A stretch of DNA of 64,000 nt, taken from positions 17,980,001-18,044,000 of the forward strand of contig OZ024747.1 in the NCBI GenBank assembly GCA_964016885.1, given 5' to 3'. Of this stretch, positions 32,301 through 45,605 are shown one piece after another (positions within the stretch are counted from its first letter, which is position 1; the number at the start of each line of letters is the position of its first letter). A program made the position numbers and the translations under genes. Under the pieces are notes generated by a model that worked only from the letters and a program-made list of their open reading frames with translations, was not told where the DNA came from and did not search any database. Origin of the DNA: Eledone cirrhosa. Taxonomy: Eukaryota.

Positions 32301-35300
32301 CTTTTTCAAATGATTTGATAAAATAAATATAAAATGCAAAGAAGCCAGTTTATGATAAGCAGCAAGCAACATTCCCAGGTGATCTTGAATTGATCTCATC
32401 TGGTATCTCTTCTAGACATTATAGTGCACTGAAATAAATATAGAATCAAAATAATCTATCCAGAAATATAGTGAAATGCCTGCAAGCAATTTGAACAAAG
32501 GAGTGGAAAGACTTTTCAGTTATGTCAAATATATGACAACGTCCCTAGTGCTGGTGATCTACATGATAAATGCACCTAGTTTATTCTGTAAAGTAGGTGG
32601 TGGTGGAAGGGCACCCAGCCATAGAAAGCTTACCAAACAAAGGATCGGAAGAACTGCTGATCTACACAATAAATTCACCCAATACACTCTATAAAGTGGT
32701 GTGCAATATGAAAAGCATCCAGCCTTAGAATACCTGGCAAAAAGTGTTGAGAGGATACTTCAGCTGTGTCAAAGACATGACAACTTCCTAAGACAAGCCA
32801 GGTCGAAGGACCATGTTTTGCTCACACAGAACTGCTTTGGGCTTGGTTTTCTACAACCAGATGTCCTTCCCAATGCCAATCACATTTACAGTGTGGATTG
32901 GGCACTTTTTTTTGTCATAACACCTAAACAACCACTTTACAGTGTAGACGGGGTGCTTTTTATCATGACACACGACCACTTTACAGTGTGCGCTGGGCCC
33001 TTTTTGTCGTGTCGCCATCACAACCACTCTACAGAGTGGGTTGGGTGCTTTTTGTCATGACACCTACATGACCATTAGTTGCTACATAAAAATATTCTAG
33101 ATCATAACAAAAAGAAAACCAAGTATCTGATTGGCAAAAATTCAATCACCAACACACTTCAACAACTCAGACATGCAGTTTCTTCACTATCACTTCTATT
33201 GATACTACAACAGCAGCTGCTCTATAAACTAGTTTGTTGTGCACTCACTCTACCCAGGATTCCTAATTCCTCCTCCTCCTTATTGTGTCTCACCATCCAG
33301 ACCCCCAGATTAGAAACTGCACACAATCATACAGCTGCTTGATAAAAGCTGACCAGAGGCTAAACATCAACAACAATTAACAATGTATGTGTATAACAAA
33401 AATACCAAATTTACATCACTATACCATAATACAGTGTTGTGGTTTAGCCCTAAGTCAGCTCATATTGAAATGACCTATGATCAAAAGCATTCCAGCCAGG
33501 ATCATCCCATCTTCCATTCAAACAGTATATCTAGGACCTTGCAGTATCTATTACCCATGCAGGTCCTCTAAAAGTAAAGACATTGATACCCAGGCAACAT
33601 GTACAGGAAGAAATCATCATCATCATCGTTTAACGTCCATCTTCCACGCAAGCATGGGTCTGTGGATGGGAAAGGAACCAGAGGTTTGGTTGAAATGCAT
33701 GCAACAGGATGGACTCCAATAAAGGCAGACAAAAACCAGAAAATTGTATCTAACCAGGTGGCTTTTGTTTTTTTTACTGATAAGTTAGGGAAAGAAGGCC
33801 AGTGTCCATGACCCTGTTCAGGGCTCCCTAGTGTCATCATCATCCTCAACTTCATTTAATGCCACCTGTTTTCCTTGCTAGCAAAGGTTGGACAGGTCAT
33901 CACAAACTAAGTAAGTACTTGATTGGAGCTGCTGACCTCTCACACATGCCGGAAGCCTGCAACTCACATATCTTTCCATAGTCTAATGAGGGCACCAGGT
34001 ACATTTTATCATTGCACCAGCACTTGACTAGTGTGAGGGAAAAAAACTGCCATAAAAAGGGCTCATCCAACTCATGCCAGCATGGAAAAGTAGTGATGTT
34101 GGAGGTGGTGGTGATAATGGGAATGATGATGATAGTCTACTATGCTGTAGTGGAGAGAGGAGAATTAATTAAAACAAGGTTGTTTATACTAACTATAGAA
34201 AATAGGATGTAAAAGCAAAATATGTCAGCCATATTTTCATTTGTTTTGTTGGCATCATTAGATATATGTCAGTAAATTACAGATACTTATTCTGTTCACT
34301 CAGTAAGGTCAAATTTGAACTCAAAACATTGAATTAAATACTGTAAAGCAGTGATTCCCAAACTTGTTTTGTTATGAAACCCTTATATGATTTTCAATAC
34401 AAACTAATAAATCTCGTACCTATATCTTATGAACAATTCCCTCCACCCTAATTTTTAAGTCATTAAATGAAACAAATTGTTTCAGAGAATTTATTCATAG
34501 GCATATGGTTGGCTTAGTGATTATTAAGTTTGCTCATATGATTTCGGGTTCAGTCACTCAGCTTGACATCCTAGGCTCTTGTCTGGATTGACCACTGATC
34601 AATGCCTTGCGAATGAAATTTGATAGATGGAAACTCTGTGGAAGCTCATCATATATATATATATATATATGTGCATATGTATGTGTTTGAGTTTGTGTCT
34701 GTGGTTACATCTACACCATTCAAAAACCACTGTTGTTTATTTATGTTACAAATAGAGATTGGTAAAATAAGTTCCAGACATTAAAAAACACAAGTACAGG
34801 GGCCAATATGATTAACTAAATCCCATGAAGGTGGTGCCCTAGCATGGCTACAATCTAATGATTGAAACAGTAAAATAGTATCATCATCATTTAAAGACAG
34901 TTTTTCTTGCAAGCAAGTGTATAAAAGTAAATACATAATATAATCGTTTTTACTTCTACTTTTCCATACTGACATGGTCGGACAGAATGTTTTGAGACAA
35001 TGTTTTATAGCAAGATGCCCTTCCTGATACCAACCCTTTTAGTCACCTTTTGCAAGATGCAGGGATACTTTGTACCCATTCTGAAAACCAGGACATACAT
35101 GGTAATGTATAGAATAAACAAACATTATCTCACGGAACTTCAGAAGTTTTTTTTTTACAGGCCTCTAGATTCCCTATTGGCCTGTAGCACTCAACAAATA
35201 CTTTGCTATTTTCATTTCTTTCTTTGTATCTACCATGTTTATTTTGTTTAAGAATGAGTCATAAATAACTTCCACTAAACAGAACAAAATCTAATCCTTC

Positions 35301-38239
35301 CTATTACATAGAAATATCTCATCACTATACTTAAACCAGTAGATGGCAGCTGTAGATAATAAGTATCCTTCACTGTAATATGTTAGGGAGGGTCAAGTAT
35401 CCTTCAGTTTTAAGCACACAGTGAGATCAACATTTATTCTCATTGCGTTGGGTTGAAAGTGAAAGTAAAAAAAGGAGACTATTTCATACATGAGAGAAGA
35501 AAACTATGCTGCAGTAATAACTCAATAGAATATGCAGCATGATGTGCAGAGGACACCATTTACTCACTGAGCAATCAATATGAAGTCATCATCATTGTTA
35601 AATCCATTAGGTAGCATCCTACAGCTGGATACCCTTGATTCTTTTTTTTTTCTCTCTCTCTCTAAGTAAAACACTGATTTCGAACCACAGAGCTGCAGAA
35701 TTTTTGTTCAGGCAGGGCATAAACGAATGTCACCCCACTATGTTTGCTAAGCAAAGAGGAGACTACACACACGTGTGTGCGTGTGTCTTTGTATCTTTTC
35801 CATCTACTTACAAGGCATTGGTCAGGCTGAAACTATTACAGAAAACACTTGCCTAAGACACCACACAGTGGGATAGATCCCCAAACCACGTGGTTGAGAA
35901 GCTAACTTCTAGCCATATAAATGATTCGGAAATACACGTAATACAAGGATTGCCTAGTTGGAAGAAATCAATAAACCAACAGTGATAGTTAAAGAGACAA
36001 GAATCAATCAAACATAAATGATTCATAAATACTACTACAATACATATGTGACTACTTAATGAAACATATGGGCAAAGCAGAACAGGTTCTAGAAACATTT
36101 TTGATACCAAACCATATAAAAACCAACCCTGATTCTATAATACAAAGCTGTTTATTTCAAAGTGTTTAGATTTATTTTAAAACTTTCTATCACAATCTTA
36201 TGTAATATGTAAGACCATTGTTAGTTATATGACTAAATCCCTACAAATTCTTGATTATTTTCAAAATGATTTGAAAATAATAGCAATGTTATTTCATTAG
36301 AAATATAGTAACAAATGTTACAAAATTTCTATTTTATCTAAAAAATGTCTATAATTTTATCAAAGAATCTTTGTTCCAAACACCAGCGTGTTTCAAATGC
36401 TGTCTTTCATTAGAAATATTGTTTCTACTTTTGGCACAAGGCCAGCAATTACCCAGTACATTACTGGCACTTTATTTTATCGACCCCGTAAGGATGAAAG
36501 GCAAAGTTAACCTCGACGGGAGAGAAACTTGACGTTTACTCTGGGAATTCTCGGAAATGGGAACAACTGTCAAAACATTTTTTTTTTTTTAAATTAACCT
36601 GTTTTAAATTTCCTGCAAAATTACGCATACTTTAATTAATAAATTTCCTTTTGATGTTCGAACCATTAAAGTTCAACAGATAACACCAGATAATTGAATT
36701 TAAATTAATTAATTATATCTCTATATTTATTATCTTTAGTGTTTATTTGAGTAAATGAACGCAAACCTAGCCGTCGTTTATTTAGTTGTCATGAAGCTAA
36801 AATGTAGTTCAAAATATATGGGGGAGGGTAATAAATTGTAGAATTCTGAATACGAACAGTTGATACAATAATTATTTCTAACATTAGCACAAGACCTGCA
36901 ATTTGAGAAAAGGGGAAAGTTAATTATATCGACCCCAGTTATTAAAAATAAATTTAGAATTGAAAAAAATGTATTATTTTCATAGCATATTAATTATTTC
37001 AAAGAGAAATTAATTAGAAATAATGTATGTATTGCGTGTGCAGATGTGCACTGAGATATTGAAGAATATAAACCATTAAAAATTTACTCATCAAACTAGA
37101 TATAGTAAGATTGATTTGATACTACACTATTTGTAAGTAGGACACATTATATAGCGGTCTACTATCAGCAAGAATTAATTGAAAGCTATCGGTTTGGTGG
37201 GTAACACATGTTATAGGGGTTGTTTGACAAATAAATAAACAAGACAGCAGGATATAGAAATATATTAACAAGGTAGACAGGCATACATATACTGTATACA
37301 TACATAAAATGAACCACCGTCGTTTCGACCATAAGTGTTCCAGTTGTTTAGTCAACGGAACGGAGCATTCGTGAAATTAACGTGTAAACGTGTAAGCGGC
37401 TGATCATTTCACAGACGCGTATCCCAAATATAATTAACGTAGCCATGTGATTCATTGTGACTATTCTGCCCCACTGAGGTACAGTTCATCCAACAAACTT
37501 CCATACAGCTTCCGTCAATCCAATTTCATTCACAATACTTACAGACTACTCGAATTCTAAATTCTTATTTTATATCAAATTTTCAATATAGTAAGATTGA
37601 TTATATCATTTATTAGCTAGGATTTGTTCCAGCAGTGACTAGTTATTCGTGACAAAGCATTTATCAATATTTGGCACGAACTCCAGCCCTTTCAATCACT
37701 TGCTCAATCACATACAAGCTGTGCTCAGTTAGTAAAATACACACACATCATTCATCTATGTATATATGTATGTATATATGTGTGTGTTCTTTTTTAAGGT
37801 CAAGCTTGAGACTTGTTACTCTGGAGTGTATCTTGTATACTTCCAGGTCGTGCGTGTATGTATGTATGTATGTATGTATGTACAGCTCGGGTTATTTTAA
37901 TCGTAGGATTCAGTAGACCAGTCATACATAAAAGACTCAATACAATACATGTGTGTGAGTAATCACTGGAATTAAGGCAACTAATGATGGTTAGAGTTGT
38001 CAAGCATGAATTAAATGGCGAAGGAGTGGGATAAAACGTGTAAGCATAGTTTGTGCCTTGTGAAATATACAATAAAGGAGGGTGTGCCTTGTGAAATATA
38101 CAATAAAGGAGGGTATGTCTGTTTAAAATGTTAGTTTCTCCTCCACAACGACATATTTCCAGTTATATATTTCTGTCTTTTTCATTGCGATGTGTGGCGT
38201 GATGTAAGATAATGGATTAAAATAATCAACAAATTTTTA

Positions 38240-38273
<34 letters not shown>

Positions 38274-39290
38274 TGGGACGGGAACAAGTGGTTGACGGCT
38301 GAGAGAAAAGATGACTCAATACAGAAGTAGAGTTTTAATATTCATTTTATTAAGGCTAAATAGTGAGTCTGTTTATCACAGGCGATACTCCAGAGTAACA
38401 AGGCTCACTATTTAGCCTTGATGAAATGAATATATACACATATATGTGTGTGTGTTTAAACTATAGTATCTAAAACATACAAACATAACTGAATGAGCAC
38501 TCAATACATGAAGATAGAGGGCGGAAATGTATTGTCTAAGTAGAAAATACGTTTTGGTTTACAAAAAACGAGTAAAAAGTGCTCAGTACCAAAATAGAAT
38601 ATATAACATTTATTATACCACTGAGATTGTCTAGTTTCGCGGATTGCCACTAGTCACGACAATCCGCGAAACTCAGAGTAGTAACAGAGAGTAACTTCAA
38701 TAATGCATAAGTATGTATGTATACATATGTGTGTGTGTGTGTGTCTGTATGTGTGCATTACATAATTAACAAATTGGCTGAAGTTAACCAGGGCACTTAT
38801 ACTTATACATCAGGGTTTTGGAACGTGAACACACCCAACAAAGGCAAATTTTCATAAATTCTACATATCTTTTTAACATCAAATGTTTTTATACTGAAAG
38901 GAGCATCGAACTTCTTTTAAAGAGTCAGCGAGAGTAGAATAGTGAGCAAAAAAGGTTTAAAACCACAACTTATATGTGGTCACTCAAATAATTCGAAATA
39001 ACAGCCAAATTCCTTTCATTCAAACCACACCCTACCGTATTTTTTAAAAAAACGATACATTGGTTAATATTAGCCTTAAATAATCTAACTGGAAAAATAT
39101 ATGTGTATAATAGACGTGATAGTCACGGGTGGAACCAGTTTGATCATATTTGTCCTTTTGATCATAGTCCGTCTTGACGTCTGACACAAAATTTGTTATT
39201 TTTTAAATGCAATAAAAAACACGACAGAAGAAAGAGGAATAACCAACATGGAAAGTTAAATGATAAAATAGTAATAATAATATAATATAC

Positions 39291-39430
39291 CTTATTGGAA
39301 GGAGTTTGTTTAAATGTTAATCCTCTCCAATAAAAGTGTTGTTACATGATTAAATAATAAATAAGTAACAACAATAACAGCTGCTGCTATTAAAGAACAT
39401 CTCAGTGGGCCATCTTGGACACTGACGTCA
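39291..39430 (-). other. probable first non-coding exon of GOLGA1
   Basis: AAG/GTATAT donor at 39290; YY1-like AAGATGGC near start; adjacent to promoter motifs. Confidence 0.5.
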
Positions 39431-39485
39431 CACTCTTCTGTCGTCAACAGGTTTGGTAATTCTACTTCCGGTTAGCGTGGCGTGC
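39405..39485. promoter_or_regulatory. putative bidirectional promoter
   Basis: CRE palindrome TGACGTCA 39423-39430, ETS/GABP ACTTCCGG 39464-39471, YY1-like GCCATCTT 39409-39416; divergent donors at 39290 (-) and 39937 (+, CAG/GTGAGT). Confidence 0.65.
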
Positions 39486-41497
39486 TTTTTGAACAACCTC
39501 TTACTTCCCCTCATTTTCTCCCTACTGCTTCAACTACAATTTCTATTAGTCTCCGTCTTCCTTCCTAACTTATTTTATATACTTCGTGTTTTGACCCTTC
39601 TGTTATTACAATAACAAGTATCATTGTTATTGTAATCGTAATATTATTGTTGTAATTGATTTTTAGTCGATATTTTAATACGAGAATCAATCCTCAGTTT
39701 ACTACTAGTAGTACAACTACTTAGCTATTATCGACCCCCACGCAGAGCCAACAAATTGGTTTTGACATCGAACAGTTTTCTCTCTCTTCCTTCCTCTCCA
39801 TCTCACACTAATCATTTTCGCGAATGTTCGTCCGTTATATCATTACATCCTTTTCTTTCTTTCTCTCTCCCTTCCCTCAAATATTTTGAACGACTTGCTT
39901 AGTTGTTTTGATGTGTGAACGGTTTAATTACACCAGGTGAGTTATCGCATACGTGGGACAGAATCCCACTAATATATAAATAATATGCTTGATATGAGAT
40001 GTTTGATATAATAATTTTTTCTCAGATAAGTTAACATTCCTCTTCGATAATCCTTGAACTTCGTCCACAAAAAATCTGTGTCTAAATTTATATTACAGAA
40101 AAATTATTCTTTCAACAATTTATATTTTTTTTTTTTTAGTCAGTTGTTTGGATACGTAAAGAATCTTCTTGTACCCCCCTTTTTTTTTTCTAATGATTTT
40201 TTTCTTCGATAATCAAAACCTTAAAGAATATTTAAGAACCTATCAGCAAGCACAGACTGTTGATTACCTATTCAAATAGTCTAGAAGTATATTTTTGTTG
40301 ATGAAATTAACGACAGTTTATTTTAAAGGGATATTTTGTTTGTGTTTACCTAACCTTAAATTGTATTTAATTTTGAAATAATTTTTGTTTCTATGTTTTC
40401 GTCCTCTATGTGTGTGACCGGTATGAAAGAAATTATTGGGAAATATAACTTTTTTTATGGTTTTGTTGTTTAGTCACAGAATCAATGCAAAGTTAAAGCT
40501 ATTCCAGCTAGGAACGTATATTTTCAAGCATGATAAATTCATCACTCAATAATATAATCATGGGTTAAAAGGAGTTACTGATTTTTCTGTCCCCTGATAT
40601 GAAATTTTGTGACAGTGGCTCTCAGATGAAACAACACATCACACAGCCACACAGTTTATTATATACTGTGTTCGTTTTGTAGTGAGAAGTTGTGAGTCAA
40701 AACATGAAAGAGAAAAATAACTATGTCGTATTAGTAAATATAAAATTCAAAGGGAAGACAGGAGCAAAATAACTATCACCAGCTACTGGTAGCGGGTGAC
40801 CTCGGTTTTCAGCCCACGAAACCCACAGTGATGAGCTTAAAATAAGCCCACTGCAGTACGGAAATTGACACAGAACGAAGAATAGGTGAACAAACAGTCG
40901 GCAAGGAAGAAAAACAGTGTTTAATTACTTGTGGCTACATCATCAACAATACTGCCAATCCAAACAGAAAAATAATTGGAAAAAAATTTAATATCTGAGG
41001 TAACAACAATGATAAACGAAAGAAAACATACATATAAAGTCAGGTAGCAATATTGTGGTCAGCTTCTCTGATAGTTGTTTATTTATATATATACATACAT
41101 ACGATGGGCCTGTGTAGTTTCCCTCTATAAATTCACTCCCAAGGCATGAGAGGCTTTAGAAGACATCCAATGTGTCACACAGTAAGATACAACCCAATGT
41201 CTTCCCTCCCAACTATCAGTAAAGTCCCCATAAATGGTGCAGCCAGTCGTTGGAGTGCCTCTCTAAGCATCCAATCCCTGCTGACATCTGTCTATGCCTT
41301 CATAATATTACTAAGAATTATTCAATTTCAACATTTTGAGGCACATTGTAGTGTTGTTGACATTTTATACTAATGATTTAACTATATTTAAGATTGGATG
41401 TGTTTGTTTTTCCTTTTATTTTCTTACTGACAGCTTGCATTGTTCATTTCAGAAATAAAAATCCTTATTTTTAATTCTGATTTCAGACAAAAAGCAA

Positions 41498-42352
41498 ATG
41501 GAGGATCAGTACTGGATGTCACCTAACAATTCAGTCTCTAAAGAGATCCTCAAATTTGGATCTGGTATCGAAAAGCCAACTGATGGAAGTATTTGCACTG
41601 TTTCCATATCCCAGATTGGAGGGGTTGCTTTAAACATAGATTCTCTTGGGTATGATGTAGGAGAAAATGTTCAAATACAGATTGGAGAGGGGGATACCAT
41701 AGCTGGAAATCTTATTGATGAGTGTTTAGAGTCTATGAAACTGAATGAATGTTGTGAAGCAACATTTCAACTACCTTTAGATTCATCAAAGGATTCTTCT
41801 GATCAGCTTGAAAAGTATAAATTCCAGATAGAGCTGCATAAATTTGAAAATGAAACCAATCCTTGGGAAATGACTATAGGTAAGATACTGACTGTTGTCA
41901 AACACCTTCGAAAAAAAGGCTCTGATGTTTACAAGACAGGCAATATAGAGTTTGCTTTTAAGCGTTACACAAAAGCATTGAAATATTTGATAACTATAGA
42001 CAAAGAGGAGATGTCTGAGGAAGAGAAGACTGAATACGAAAACTTGAAATCTACTATGTATGTTAACATTTCTCTTTGTCAGAGTAAATATGAAAACAAT
42101 GATTTTGTGATTGCAAATTGTACTTCTGCCTTGGATATTGATGAAAAAAATATTAAAGCTCTCTATCATCGAGCACAGGCACATCTAAACCTCAAGGACC
42201 TTGATCCAGCTTATAATGATATAAAAGCTGGTTTGGAGCTTGAACCAAACAACCAAGTATTCCTTAAATTACAAAAAATAGTTAATGCCAAACTGAAAGT
42301 ACATTCTGACCAAATGAAGAAGGCTATGACAAAAATGTTTTTGCATGACTAA
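41498..42352 (+). CDS. FKBPL: FK506-binding protein-like immunophilin (non-canonical FKBP domain + 3 TPR), FKBPL/BDBT-like
   Basis: 284 aa ORF; KEILKFGSGIEKPTDGSICTV...FQIELHKF FKBP fold; TPRs (KGSDVYK..AFKRYTKAL, NISLCQSK, KALYHRAQA); MTKMF C-terminus; TTTCAG acceptor at 41486. Confidence 0.85.
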   Translation: MEDQYWMSPNNSVSKEILKFGSGIEKPTDGSICTVSISQIGGVALNIDSLGYDVGENVQIQIGEGDTIAGNLIDECLESMKLNECCEATFQLPLDSSKDSSDQLEKYKFQIELHKFENETNPWEMTIGKILTVVKHLRKKGSDVYKTGNIEFAFKRYTKALKYLITIDKEEMSEEEKTEYENLKSTMYVNISLCQSKYENNDFVIANCTSALDIDEKNIKALYHRAQAHLNLKDLDPAYNDIKAGLELEPNNQVFLKLQKIVNAKLKVHSDQMKKAMTKMFLHD

Positions 42353-43968
42353 AGCCTCAGAATCTTGTTTAACATCATGTGCCACATTAGCAAAACATTC
42401 TTGAAGAGTTGAAAACAATACTGCAATTGATCTGTCTACTAGTAAATACACTATCACTATTTGAAATAACAAACTATATTAGCAAGAAATTCTTGAAAAC
42501 TACAAAACAGCATTATAACTGAATCATATTCAAGATTAAAGTCTTTACTGTAACACTGCAAGTTTTCACAATAATCTGCCCACTAGTAAAAATAAACGTT
42601 TGAATTAAAAAACCCAATTTTAGATATTTTCTGCTGAAAGAGTTAAATAAACAATACTATATTGTTTCCACTCAAAACTCTTTCGTTATCCAACCCTGGC
42701 AGTCAGATTTCTAAACCAGATCTTTCCAAACGTTTCATAGTGTGACACATTTTTTAAAAGTCTTTCACAGGGCATTAAATTTTGTTAGAGACACGAAATT
42801 AATAAATAAATAATTAAATGCATCATGTGCCGTCAGTCGTATGGCGTCTAATTGGTGTTAGACCTCAAATATACGTTTCAAAACCTCTGGACTAAATCAT
42901 GTAATTTTTTTACTAACATTTGAATTTTTAAGCTATGTTTTATGTGTTTTAAATGTTTTTGTTTCAAAATTTGTCAAATTTCGTAAATCACATGCATTCT
43001 TGCTTCACTTAACTCCACCAAGATAAAAAAAATCTACGTATTTTCTTCAACAAAATTGATTAGATACTAAATAATTTCTGACAACAGCTGAAATACTAAT
43101 CCAAACTGTTAAATTTATCTTTGTTACAACGTATATAAATCACAAGGGAGATAACTCTATCAATTTTCATATTTTTGTTTTTCTTTTGATTTAACCAGAA
43201 ATAATTGTTTCTACTTTTGGCACAAGGTACTTTATTTTATCGACCTCGTAAGGATGAAAGTTAAAGTTAACCTCGGCGGGATTTGAACTCAAATTTAACC
43301 AGAAATAATGCCCGATAAATAAAATTTACTGAAATAGCAGTTTTGACAAGAGTATACATATAATTGTTTCTATTTTAGGCACAAGGCCAGCAATTACCCA
43401 ATGTACTGGTACATTACTGGTACTTTATTTTATCGACCCCATAAGGATGAAAGGCAAAGTTAACCTTGGCGGGATTTGAACTCAGATCATAAAGGGACGT
43501 AACTCTATGCTTCAAAGCATACATATAATCATTACCAATTAACATTCATTTCCCATGTTTACATAGGTTAGACAGGCTGCTGTGTTATGAAGCCAACCAG
43601 GTTATGTTACCACATACACCAGCATGACTACAGAGTGAACTGGGTACTTTTTTGTAGCATGAATATGAATATCTGACAGGGTGGATTGAGTGCTTTTTGT
43701 CATGAAACCAGTACGACCACTTGACAGAGTGGACTGATTTTTGTCATGGCAAAAGTACGACAATCTTACAGGAATTTCAGTTGCCTTTCACACACTATAT
43801 TCCATAGTTGTAGTGCACCTGAGCACTGTACACAATCATTTTATTATTATTTTAAAGTCGGACCCTACTGTATTTGTATTTATAATGCATTTTTATTTGC
43901 TCCATTGAAGTTTTTTTTTTAGCTGTATCATTTTTATCATAAACTTTCTAACAAGATTTTCATAAAAT

Positions 43969-44063
43969 ATAAAAACAAGATCGTTAGATTGTCATGGCTG
44001 GAACGTCTTTGACTTATGGTCAAAGACGTTCCAGCCATGACAATCTAACGATCTTGTTTTTAT
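43969..44063. repeat. perfect inverted repeat, 45 bp arms, 5 nt spacer
   Basis: ATAAAAACAAGATCG...CTTTGAC-TTATG-GTCAAAG...CTTGTTTTTAT. Confidence 0.95.
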
Positions 44064-45398
44064 TTTCAGACATAGTATATCTAGCGTTACGTTATGTAAT
44101 GTGTCTTTTTTTTAAAATCAAAATGAGATATATGTGTGCATGTATGATGATTATATATATAATAGAGGGCTACCCAAAAACGTAAGCTGTAATAAAAGCA
44201 ACTGGTAAATTATTGCTCTAAAATAAATGAGTCCCATTATCAAAGCAAGGACAATGTTACTTTCTTATTACAAATCAGTTAGTGTCAGAGTTGCAAAATT
44301 TTCTTGTCTGTCATAATTGTTAATTTAAGTTTCTGTGTCAAAAGTCACTTTGCCCTTCAGCAGTGAGAGCCCTTGGTCCACTGCTGGTTGGAATGTGTTC
44401 ATAAAGATGCTGTGAAATACATGTGCCATCGTATGCAATATGCTGTTGCTCTTTTTTAGCCACTGGTCAGCCCTCCTTTAGCAGACTCATGATCAAAGGT
44501 ATTTTAGCTACGACCATCTTGTTTATTTGAATATTGGCGACTATATTAGTCAATCTGTCCTTCATTTTTAAGAGTGATTTGCCTGGTGATTCTAGCAGGT
44601 CAAACAACTGCAGAGAAGTTCCTATGTCAGCTCAGAAAGCTAACTGGTTTGCTGTATATATATATATATATATAACCTTTACATTGCCTTATTTTTACCA
44701 TCCATGTTGTGCCAAGATCTGTTCTGACCACTATGTTCAATTTTCCCTCCTGTCTTTCTACAAGAGTTGACTTGTAACATGTGAAGTAGAATATTAACAG
44801 TATCAATCTCTCCTGTATTAGAGAACCTGTGGATATCATGCGCAATGCCCCTTCCCCCAGATCTACTAAATAAATAATAAAGTCTCACACTTTACCATTT
44901 TTGTCACACTACTCTCCTTTGGCTTGCTTCTAATACTATAAATTTAATACAAGTGTTTTAAAGACATTTCCCTTGCTAAAGCAGAAATTAGCCTTTCTGG
45001 GCCCTATGATATGACAAACTTCTCCATTTTGCATCCCCTCCTCAATAACTTCTTGGCTTTTATTTCCTCCTCCATCACACTCCTCACCCAGATACTTTCA
45101 TCCTTCCTCAACACTTGACCCAACCATCTTATTCTAATTTTCTTCAGCATTCATCACTCCCTCATTCTGAGTGATACTCCATATGCATCCAGTTTAGAAT
45201 AGGTACCCCATATCTGCATGTAAAAAGATTGGCACCTAGAAAGGCATCTGGCCGTAAAATAATGCCTTAAAAAAGGATCTATTAATGAGTATAACACATA
45301 CACATATATATATATACAGAAATATCTTTAATTACTGATTCATTTGTGTAAAATATATAAATTGCTAATTTTAACTCTGGTATTTGTAGTAGCTCCAA

Positions 45399-45605
45399 TT
45401 AGTTGTTTAGTTGACATAACAAGGCGACACCTCTACTGATCCAATGCCTCTGAGGCTTGTCTGTTGATAGCTGCATACCTATGACAAAGTTGGTTGAATG
45501 GCCAGTAGTTGAAAGTGTTCCTCGACGCTCGCTTGTCTTGTAAACTGGGCACTTATAAGAGTATGTCACAGGAACTTCATCTTTCCTGATAGGTTTCAAC
45601 CATAT
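45399..45605 (-). CDS. DNAH7: axonemal dynein heavy chain, last exon
   Basis: [25 protein letters not shown]...[15 protein letters not shown]; ATTAAA at 45332-45327 downstream. Confidence 0.92.
   Translation of the reverse strand: MWLKPIRKDEVPVTYSYKCPVYKTSERRGTLSTTGHSTNFVIGMQLSTDKPQRHWISRGVALLCQLNN

Noticed and set aside
41498-45605. Functional link between the TPR co-chaperone and the adjacent dynein
   Set aside because: Only adjacency; the genes are convergent and there is no sequence evidence of co-regulation.
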